A stretch of 64,000 nt of DNA from contig OZ219747.1 of the NCBI GenBank assembly GCA_964291265.2, positions 2,112,001 through 2,176,000 on the forward strand, written 5' to 3'. The translations under genes were made by a program, and so were the position numbers. This DNA is from Alphaproteobacteria bacterium (GTDB lineage: Bacteria > Pseudomonadota > Alphaproteobacteria > SP197). Positions 11,157-19,183 of this stretch are shown here, in pieces. Numbering within the stretch: position 1 is the first letter of the stretch; each line of letters begins with the position of its first letter. The notes under the pieces were generated by a model. It worked only from the letters and a program-made list of their open reading frames with translations, ran no database searches and was not told the origin of the DNA.

Positions 11157-11953
11157 ACACCGGGGATTTCAAGGGCCTCTCCCCCCTTGCAAAGGACGAC
11201 CTCCAGAGGCTCGCTGAACTCCTCGATGCCGGCCTTCTCGTTCCACCAATCAGTGCTCTTGCACTTCATGCCCACGTTCCCATGTCCGCCGCCGAGCCTG
11301 TGGCGCTGTTTCTGTCGCACTACCTTGATGAGGGTATGGCCCCGGGCGACGTCGCGCGACTCCTCCGGGCCTTCATGGCGGGGCTACAGGCAGGAAATTC
11401 CACATCACGGTCCGTCGACGTGGTGGTCAGTGGCCCGGGCGACACCGAAGGAGCACGCGACACCGGTGTTGTTGTCAGGCAGCTGTTCGCAAGGGCCACA
11501 CAACGCATCCTCGTAGCCGGCTTTGCGGTCCACCAGGGCAAGACACTGTTTAGAGTCCTTGCCGACCGTCTCGACGCGGACCCGTCACTCGACGCAATTC
11601 TCTGCCTTGACATCAGTCGGGGCCCCGGTGATACGTCACTCGCAAGGGACATTGTCCGCCGGTTTGCAATCCGTTTCCGAGATCATGAGTGGCCCGGCCA
11701 GCGCCTTCCCGACATCTGCTACGATCCTCGCTCTCTTGAAAGGGCCGGGAGGTCCGCAAGCTCCATGCACGCAAAATGTGTGGTCATCGACGGTCGTGAA
11801 GCCCTGGTCACGTCAGCAAACTTCACCGAGGCTGCACAGCAACGAAACATCGAGCTTGGCCTGCTCGTTAACTCAGAACTTGTCGCGCAGCGCATCGAGG
11901 ACTATTTTCGCAAGTTGATCAAGAGCCGTACTCTGATACGACTGCCTGTATAG
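11153..11953 (+). CDS. drmC: DISARM phospholipase D-family nuclease DrmC
   Basis: HKD motif MHAKCVVIDG...TSANFTEAAQQRNIELG. GTGA overlap with drmB. Confidence 0.88.
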   Translation: MNTGDFKGLSPLAKDDLQRLAELLDAGLLVPPISALALHAHVPMSAAEPVALFLSHYLDEGMAPGDVARLLRAFMAGLQAGNSTSRSVDVVVSGPGDTEGARDTGVVVRQLFARATQRILVAGFAVHQGKTLFRVLADRLDADPSLDAILCLDISRGPGDTSLARDIVRRFAIRFRDHEWPGQRLPDICYDPRSLERAGRSASSMHAKCVVIDGREALVTSANFTEAAQQRNIELGLLVNSELVAQRIEDYFRKLIKSRTLIRLPV

Positions 11954-12028
11954 AATACTCCTTCGCCTTTCACACTCGGTCAAACCAACAACCCCAAAAG
12001 CGGTCTACGACGGAGGTTTGCGGCATTT

Positions 12029-13372
12029 CTACAGCTTAGTAAACCGAGGTGCCAACTTAGCAACAAGCTCTGCCGAGCAAAAGTCCAAATCGAATAAATT
12101 CAAGATCGGGCATCCTAGCTCTGCAACGACTTTATGCCAGTCCGTATTGAGCTTCACAACAGGCCATTCACCGCTCGTTATGCGCCTGTCCGCGGTGGCA
12201 ACCCTACCTGGCGGCCAGTATATTGATGGATCAAAATCCCCAATCCTTCGTCCCTTCAGTCCGGTCCATTCACACTTAAAATGGACCGCTGAAACAGATG
12301 GTAAATGACGAGCAAATGCTCGCGCATGACGGACGAGTTCGGCAGTCTCTCTCAGCACGGTCATCGGAGAAAGCCATGCTCCGATGTCTTCGAGTCTTTT
12401 GTCCTCCCGATAGCCCCGAATCAAACTGGTGCGTCCATCAGGTGCAACGCGCCAGAATTCCGGTATGCAAGTACTGAACCGACTGTTGTCAATGAGGTTT
12501 GCCTCCAGCAAGTCACCCCCAGTCCCGTCAGAGTGTTCCGGATGCACTGTTGCAGCGATCTCCGGTTTGGTAAACGGGTAGAACATGCTCCACCTGGTGT
12601 ACACAGTATCGCGAACCTCGTGGTTAATTTTTTCAAGAAGAAGCCGCAGTTCGTTGATTGGGATGTTCGGGCACTCATGCTGGATGAGGTAGCTGAGACG
12701 GTAATGATTGGCGGCTAGGGACACTGGCCAGCTACAGCCCTGCGCTGTTTTCAGTAACACATCGAACCGCTGTTCATTCGCCTGGTCCCATGCGGACAGA
12801 CGTTCCTCGATGCGTGAAACACGTGATTGTCTGCCTTGAAGCACATGCGAAATCTGGCTCAACAGGGTTTCCCGGTCGTTCAGTGTGCAGCGGCGAATGA
12901 GCGGTGCCCACTGCTGCTGCGACGTGATCGGCACGCTTTCAGGTCCAGGCGCACGAATATAATATGTCTCGGAGCGGAGTCCTTGAGGCTTGCCCTTTGC
13001 ATCCTGCGGGCCATTTCGTACAGCGCAAACAGGCGTGGCTTCATGACCGGGGACGTGTACAACGGGATATCTCTGCGCAACACTACTTGTCACCTCGCAC
13101 ACGCGCACTTCAAACACGGGATGCAGGTAGCGTTTGACAATCGCATTAAGTGTATCGTGATTATACGCATCTAGAGATGCGGGACGATCAGGATCGACCG
13201 TTAGATCGTCCCGAAAGCCGAAAACCAGATATCCTCCACCATGGTTGCACAAAGCGGCAATGTGGCGAGCGACATTGGCTTTATTCACGTTGTCGTTTAA
13301 GTCCAGCCAACTTTTCAACTCAATGTCGAGCGTTTCACGGGGATTGTCTACAAGATCGGCAAGGTCTATCAC
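12029..13372 (-). CDS. Schlafen/AlbA_2 domain protein with uncharacterised C-terminal domain
   Basis: N-term RETLDIELKSW...RHIAALCNHGGGYLVFG typical of AlbA_2. GGAGA RBS before GTG 13372. Lower GC than flanks. Confidence 0.75.
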   Translation of the reverse strand: MIDLADLVDNPRETLDIELKSWLDLNDNVNKANVARHIAALCNHGGGYLVFGFRDDLTVDPDRPASLDAYNHDTLNAIVKRYLHPVFEVRVCEVTSSVAQRYPVVHVPGHEATPVCAVRNGPQDAKGKPQGLRSETYYIRAPGPESVPITSQQQWAPLIRRCTLNDRETLLSQISHVLQGRQSRVSRIEERLSAWDQANEQRFDVLLKTAQGCSWPVSLAANHYRLSYLIQHECPNIPINELRLLLEKINHEVRDTVYTRWSMFYPFTKPEIAATVHPEHSDGTGGDLLEANLIDNSRFSTCIPEFWRVAPDGRTSLIRGYREDKRLEDIGAWLSPMTVLRETAELVRHARAFARHLPSVSAVHFKCEWTGLKGRRIGDFDPSIYWPPGRVATADRRITSGEWPVVKLNTDWHKVVAELGCPILNLFDLDFCSAELVAKLAPRFTKL

Positions 13373-13523
13373 TATTGTTCTCCATGTTGTACGCGTCGAT
13401 TCGCAGCAGCGAAAAACGGGCACAATGATCCCTGGGCCGAAGCTAACCGATTTCCGGTGTTGATTTCAAGGGGAGCTGTGCCATGGCAATTCAAAAAGCC
13501 AGGCGCACCTCGCTCAGCTGCAT

Positions 13524-14027
13524 GTGCGAATCGCCAGGGCCACCGCCAGGGGCAAGACAACAGACGCTCTCGCTGCCGAGGTCGGCGCCATCGAGGAGGA
13601 CCTCGCCGAACTCAAGGAGCGCCGCTCAACCCTGGCCAGCCATGTCCGTGTCGGCGAACTTGCCGACAGCGACAAGCCCGACACCCTGCCACGAACGCGA
13701 CGCCTCCTCATCGATCTCGTCCGCATGATCTGCTATCGCGCCGAAACCCGCATGATGGCCCCCGTGATCCGGGGAAAGGCGCGACCCAACACAGTCCGCA
13801 CCCTCATCGCCGCCCTGATGACCGCCGATGCCAGCATCGAGCCGGACCACGAAAGCGGCATCCTCAGGGTCAACATCCTCGGCCTGGCCAACAACGCAAC
13901 CGAAAAAGCGCTGCTGGCGCTGATCGAAGAACTCAACCAGACCAGGACCGTCTATCCGGGAACAAACCTCCGCCGTCTACAACATCGACGGCGCAACACC
14001 CCAGAATCGTCTCACCCGTGCCTATAA
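13524..14027 (+). pseudogene. C-terminal remnant of a transposase paralogous to 48290..50554
   Basis: LLIDLVRMICYRAETRMM...EELNQTRTVYPGTNLR matches LLLDIVRMIAYRAETRMM...DELNQTRTIFPGTDLR. Confidence 0.75.
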
Positions 14028-14263
14028 AGTCAAGCTTCGAAGGATCAACAACCCGACGATATCAAAAAACATCCACCGCGACCAACGTCGCCACATGCTC
14101 AGGCCTGCCGAGATGCCTAGGCTGTTACGATTTTGGAAGTGTTGAACCTGATAACAGTCCCTATGCCTGTTGTTGACCGACAGGGTGCCTTGACACTGCC
14201 GCACCTTGACACCAATTTAGCTCTCCTAATCATCAAACCAACTTACCGACAGGAGATGAAATC

Positions 14264-14524
14264 ATGACAGATCAGAAAAAACCATTTCTCTACACGTTTC
14301 ATTGGTGTGGAGATCGCAAACAGGACATGCTCTTTAAACGCATTTGGGGATCAGCAAAGAACTACCAAGGCAGTCGCGTGTGGGGAATACACATAGACAT
14401 TGAAGATCCTACACCAGAATCCGTAATTATATTCGTGAGGGCGGACATAAGAGAAGAAGAGATCATGGACAAAATCAATAAGGCTCAGACATATTTCCGC
14501 GAACAGGTCGAAAAAAAACCTTAA
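14264..14524 (+). CDS. AT-rich hypothetical protein (86 aa)
   Basis: AGGAGA RBS, AT-rich coding sequence, two TTGACA boxes upstream (14190, 14206). Confidence 0.55.
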   Translation: MTDQKKPFLYTFHWCGDRKQDMLFKRIWGSAKNYQGSRVWGIHIDIEDPTPESVIIFVRADIREEEIMDKINKAQTYFREQVEKKP

Positions 14525-14760
14525 ACCATCGATGTTACAGTCGCATCTTCACGAAGTGCATCTCGCACCAGTGCAATCGATGTTACGTCAACATCCTGAC
14601 GCCAAGATCTATCGACTACGCCTGCATTCTCCGTAGTCTTCCCGATTGTCGGCGCATCGGTTCCAGTGGGTACAGATCTCGCAACGCCCGGTCGAGGTGC
14701 CATGGGCCTTTCAAGCGGACACGGTTAACTCTGTGTTCATGAGGCCGCATATTGTGTCCC

Positions 14761-15165
14761 ATGAGGATTGGCTTTCGACATCTGTCTGCGACGACGGTTG
14801 ATTGGCTGAAGGCGGCGTCGGTTGCCGAGGGCAGCACGCGCTCGTCCCTGGGGCGGGGATTGTGCGAGCGCGAGAATTGGCGCAACGCGAAGGGCGCCTT
14901 GTGCCTTGCCTCGGCGCGTGCGGCCCTGCCTGGTCTTGCCTCGTCGCTCGACATCGTCCTTCCTGCACCAAGGCCTCATGCCCTCGACACCGGCATCCTC
15001 GAGCGGGACTATCCCGACACGTCACTGGCCTGTGCTCTGGGGGACCTTGGTGAGGTCACCCTTGGAGCCGGTCGGCGACGGCGAGGACAAGCGCCTGGCC
15101 CGTTCGATGATGGCGACCTGGCATCCCGAGGGCGAGGCGCGCGCACCCGGCGCCCGGGTGAGTTA
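14761..15165 (+). pseudogene. N-terminal remnant of a DUF4338-type transposon protein, frameshifted and interrupted
   Basis: RSSLGRGLCERENWRNAKG..CLASARAAL and MMATWHPEG..PGARVS; parallels 62219-62850 and 15405-16271. Confidence 0.55.
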
Positions 15166-15352
15166 GTGCCCGCCCGAGAAAGTGCAACCATCTGACTCCA
15201 ATACCTGAATCGTGTATAGGGGAGACGAAGAATCCCGCTTTGGGGCGGGAATCGTCCGGTTTGGTTTCGAATCAGCCGGATTTTCGGGAAACTTCGCGAG
15301 AATAGCCATGCGAGACGTCGTCCGCCCTCAGCTGGAATTGGGACAGGTTGTG
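15166..15352 (+). mobile_element. Left end of an IS (ISNCY/IS5-like) with first 15 codons of transposase
   Basis: Begins GTGCCCGCCCGAGAAAG after a TA; ATG 15308 reads MRDVVRPQLELGQVV, then breaks at the intron stub. Confidence 0.45.
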
Positions 15353-15368
15353 GTGCGCCAGGCGAACT
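15353..15368 (+). ncRNA. 16-nt 5' stub of a second group II intron copy, cut by IS66
   Basis: GTGCGCCAGGCGAACT is 15/16 identical to the intron start at 17100. Upstream exon GGGACAGGTTGTG resembles GGGACTGGATGCG (10/13). Confidence 0.7.
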
Positions 15369-15404
15369 GTAAGCGTTCGGTCGCGCGGTGATTGTTGGTG
15401 ATAT

Positions 15405-16271
15405 TCACCGGTTGAGGATGCGTTTCCAGTCCTTGCGGAGAGGCCTCAGCCAGATGTCCTTTTTTGGTTTGTCGAGTTTCCTGTGCGTATCGTAGCGTCC
15501 GCGTCCTTTGGTGGTGCCGACATGGATCCATCCTGACGCCTTGTAGACGGTGCCTGTGTAGCGCGGTGTCTGGACGAAGGTTTCGATGAGGACCGGTGTG
15601 GTGTTGTAGCGTCTGGTCCAGTCATCGGACAGTCGGCGTCGCATGATGGCGAGGATGTGGGACCCAAGGTTGGCGATGGAAATCCAGGACATGATCAAGA
15701 AGCGTGGATTATCGACCACCAGCGGCAGGTTCTTCTGCCGCTGCTCGGGTGTCCATCCGATGAAGGTGTCGCGCGGGGCGATTTTCCAGGCGGCGGTGGA
15801 GAAGCCGAGCATGGCGACGGGCGCTCCGTTGCGATCATGGAAGGCGTAGCGCATCTGGGCTCCGACCAGTCTCGTGTAGCCGAGATAATGGTAGCGGGCG
15901 ACGAACTCGTTCCACAGCTTTCCTTCCCGGGTGCCGCATGTGACGATGGAGACGGCAAGGGGGCGGACCTCGTCGAGGGTTGTGGGAGGCGCGCCGCGTG
16001 GCGGTTCGCTGTCGGGTCCGAAGACGATGGGCTTGGGCCGGACCGGCGGGTGTTTGGGTGGCGGCAGGGTGATGAGGCCGTCGCGGTGCATGGCCAGGAA
16101 GGTGACACTCGCCATCATGTTCTTGAGGCCGCCGTCGGGCTTGTACCAGCCGGTCTCGCGGCAGAAGGCACGGGCGATGGCCGCACGGGTGGGGTGCTGG
16201 GTGATCAGGGAGCGCAACAGCGCCATCTCGTGCGCGGTGAAGTCACGGCCGTAGTAACGGCACTCGATCAC
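15405..16271 (-). CDS. DUF4338 (DruA-like) passenger protein of the IS66
   Basis: WNEFVARYHYLGY, GAQMRY, AAWKIAPRDTFIGW, NPRFLI, IETFV, GTVYKASGW. GTG overlaps the tnpC stop (GTGA). Confidence 0.75.
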   Translation of the reverse strand: MIECRYYGRDFTAHEMALLRSLITQHPTRAAIARAFCRETGWYKPDGGLKNMMASVTFLAMHRDGLITLPPPKHPPVRPKPIVFGPDSEPPRGAPPTTLDEVRPLAVSIVTCGTREGKLWNEFVARYHYLGYTRLVGAQMRYAFHDRNGAPVAMLGFSTAAWKIAPRDTFIGWTPEQRQKNLPLVVDNPRFLIMSWISIANLGSHILAIMRRRLSDDWTRRYNTTPVLIETFVQTPRYTGTVYKASGWIHVGTTKGRGRYDTHRKLDKPKKDIWLRPLRKDWKRILNR

Positions 16272-17099
16272 CCCGGTTCCGTGAGGTCCCGTCGGCGCTC
16301 CGGGCTCATCGACCATGGCAGCCACGGGTCGAGGTCGTCCGGCGGCTTGCCGCCGTTCTGCGCACAGGCATCAAGCCACTCATGAAGCCAGCGCCGAACA
16401 TTGATGTTGTTCATGGCAAGGGTGCCGATGACCGAGTACATGATGGCGGTGAAGGCGGCGCCCTCCTCGCTGTCGGAGCCGAAGTTCAGCTTTCTCGCGG
16501 TCACCGCACCCCGGAGGGTTCTCTCGGCCAGGTTGTTGTCCATGGGCACCTGGGGATGATCGACGAAGACACACAGTCCCTCGCGGTGACGGATCAGGGA
16601 GCGCAAGGGCTTCGCTTCGCGTGCACCCTCGGGCAAGGCGTCGAGTTCCTCCTGTGCCTGCCTGAACAGCGCCTCGACAGCGACACGAAGGGCATCCTGC
16701 AGGGCATCGAACATCGCTGACTGATGCTCCCGTGCGTGCGGGATCGTAGTGCTTCAGCCGTTGCCCATTCAGTGTGTAGATCAGCGCGATCCTGTCGAGC
16801 CACCTGTCGCACCACTCTTCCAGCCCCTCCTGGCCTGCCGCAGCCTCGATCACATCGCGCCTGGAGTGCGTCCAGCAAAAGCAGAGGATCACCTTGCCAT
16901 CGAGCTCGCGCTCAAGTTTCTTGTAGACCGCGTAGCGGTCGCAGACAAGGAAGACGGTGCCTTCGGTGGAGGCGAACAGCACCATGGCCACCCGGGCGTT
17001 GCGTGACGGGTCGATGAGGAAGAAGACGGAGTCGGCGCTGACCGAGTTCCACAGCCAGGCCTTCTGCGAGCGCCCCGAGGCCTTGAGGGACTGGATGCG
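16268..17099 (-). pseudogene. tnpC: IS66 transposase TnpC, 3' part (frameshift near 16730)
   Basis: AWLW, CDRYAVY, CWTHSRR, PMDNNLAERTLR, WLPW motifs. Confidence 0.85.
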
Positions 17100-17349
17100 G
17101 TGTGCCAGGCGAACTGGCGGAAGGTAGGGGGGGAAAGTCCCCTGAAACGAAGGAGTAACCAAACCACGTTTCTCCGCGAGCCGTGCGTCGGTTCCCGCGA
17201 GGGGGCAGGCGAAGCGTCGGTAGCGGTACGGATGGGCAGGGCTAATGAGCACCGAAAAGTCCGTTGTTCGGGGTGCCGAGGCTTTCGCATCGGTCGAAGG
17301 CAACATCGCAGGCATCGATTTGGTGAGATGTCGGCGAGCCCCGCGGTGT
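17100..17349 (+). ncRNA. Group II intron, 5' part of domain I
   Basis: Starts GTGTG. EBS1 CGCATC (17286-17291) is complementary to exon GATGCG (17094-17099). Candidate EBS2 AGTCC (17258-17262) pairs with GGACT (17088-17092). GAAGGCAAC motif. Confidence 0.88.
17340..17349 (+). repeat. Left junction direct repeat CCCGCGGTGT
   Basis: Identical to 30627-30636; joining the two copies restores a continuous intron domain I. Confidence 0.85.
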
Positions 17350-17864
17350 GGCCCACAAGGTCACACCTGAGAGCGATGATCTGACTGACAGACGCCCCAC
17401 CTTCTCCCTCACGAATACCGCACGTTATCAGTGACATGGATGGTCTGTCAATGCCCTCGTGGCGTGGCGCCGCCAACCACATCCAGGCCCGTTTCCAGTG
17501 CATGAAAGTTGCATTTGCGGAAACGACGGCCGAGATACACACACCGTCCAGGCCCCTGCCTGATCGTCGGAACTGCGCGCTTCCAGGCACCACAAGAAAG
17601 CCACATGGAAGCAGCGCCAGACCGGACCTGCCACTTTACACAGGGTAGACCCGTGGTATTCTGGCATCGAAGTGAGCGAGATGACCACGAGAGACTATCC
17701 CATGTGGTGCAGGAGACACAGCCACATCAACGGTCAGTCACAGGCACCACAAGAGCGTCACATGGCATGCCTTGAACCGGGCGCTTCACAACACCATAAG
17801 AACGACATAGCAAGGGCCGCGCCGTGGACCACAGAGACACCATAGGGCCGCCACCGGTCGACAC

Positions 17865-18167
17865 ATGAAGAAGACCACAAAGAAGCAACACACGGTGATG
17901 ATGACCGACAGCGAGTGGCAGGATCTCAGGGAGACCTCTGCCGCTGCCGGCATGACGGTCTCGGCTTTCATCGTCCATCGCCTGGCAGGGTCGGCAGAGG
18001 CTTCCGGAAGCGATCCGCGGATCGATGCGAGGCTCGAGAGGATCGAGCGCTCGGTGCGGATCCTCGAGGAGATCGAACGCCTGCGCCTGAGTGCGGACGG
18101 CGAGACCTGGGACAAGATCAGGGACATCGTGGAGGCACGCATGAAGATCGACCGCAGGCTGGACTGA
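17865..18167 (+). CDS. Ribbon-helix-helix/MobC-like protein 1
   Basis: HTVMMTDSEWQDLRETSAAAGMTVSAFIV; paralog of 47522-47860. Confidence 0.7.
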   Translation: MKKTTKKQHTVMMTDSEWQDLRETSAAAGMTVSAFIVHRLAGSAEASGSDPRIDARLERIERSVRILEEIERLRLSADGETWDKIRDIVEARMKIDRRLD

Positions 18168-18178
18168 AGGAGGTGTCC

Positions 18179-18496
18179 ATGGCAGACGAGGCGCGTCCTC
18201 GGCAACGCAACTACTACTGCACGCCGAGCCAGAACCGGATGATCGAGAAGCGTGCCAAGGAAGCCGGGATGAACCGTTCGAGGTTTCTCGTGGCCTGTGC
18301 GCTCCACGAGGACGCCGGCGGTGGCGAGAAGCTGGTTCTCAACGAAGAAGAACAGCACAGTCTCCTGGATCGGGTGACGTCCTTCCATACGTTCGCGGTG
18401 GCGCTCGGCAGGGAGCTGCCGGATATCGGCATGACGCCGTTGGAGGCGCTGTCGTTCCTCGTCCGTGCGGCGAAGCGGGAAGGGGCGGAACCATGA
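18179..18496 (+). CDS. Ribbon-helix-helix/MobC-like protein 2
   Basis: AGGAGG RBS; YCTPSQNRMIEKRAKEAGMNRSRFLV; paralog of 47232-47525. Confidence 0.7.
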   Translation: MADEARPRQRNYYCTPSQNRMIEKRAKEAGMNRSRFLVACALHEDAGGGEKLVLNEEEQHSLLDRVTSFHTFAVALGRELPDIGMTPLEALSFLVRAAKREGAEP

Positions 18497-18894
18497 GGCG
18501 CCGCGAGCGGGTGACGAAGTACTCGCTGTCGGCGACGGACGAGGAATGGGAACGCATCAAGGCCCGGGCCAGCCGCGCCGGCATGACGGTCTCGGCCTTC
18601 CTTGTGGAGAGTGCCCTTGCCGTCGATCCGGGGCGTCCTGCCATCACCCTTGCGCTGACACACGCTGACCAGCGGGTGTTGCTGATGCTGGTCGAGGACA
18701 TTCATGCCGTGCTTTCCGAGAGTCGATGGGACGACCCGTCGATCCGCGACAAGATCCGCAACAGCACCTCCTTCCTCGCCCGCCAGAAGATGCAGGACAT
18801 GATCCGGGATGGCCGCCGCGAGGACCTGTACGCCATCCTGGCGGCGATGCTCGGTGAGGAGGAGGCAGCGAGGGTCATCAAGGCGCTGACCTGA
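18493..18894 (+). CDS. Ribbon-helix-helix/MobC-like protein 3
   Basis: SLSATDEEWERIKARASRAGMTVSAFLV...MIRDGRREDL; ATGA overlap; paralog of 46759-47241. Confidence 0.7.
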   Translation: MRRRERVTKYSLSATDEEWERIKARASRAGMTVSAFLVESALAVDPGRPAITLALTHADQRVLLMLVEDIHAVLSESRWDDPSIRDKIRNSTSFLARQKMQDMIRDGRREDLYAILAAMLGEEEAARVIKALT

Positions 18895-19183
18895 CGGGCC
18901 GCAAGCCCGGTGGGGTCAGGGGCGTGTCCTGGCGGCGGAGGGCGCTCTGGAGTGGTTCCAGACCAGGTCTCCCGGCTTTCGCGTCGATGACGAGGCGGCG
19001 GATGGCCACGTCTCGCTCGTGGACGCCATCAGGAGTGAGTGGGAATTCGTGGTGGCTGCGGATGGTCCAACACGGGGCGGGGACTACAGGAACAATCCCG
19101 TTCTCATCCGGGAAGATTCTGCACCTCCTCGCCGCCGACACGATGTCGAAGACGGGCGGCGTATCTCGCCGACTGGCTCCTTG

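Noticed and set aside
15405-16271. Druantia defence system
   Set aside because: No DruE-like helicase or other dru genes; the DUF4338 gene lies inside IS66.
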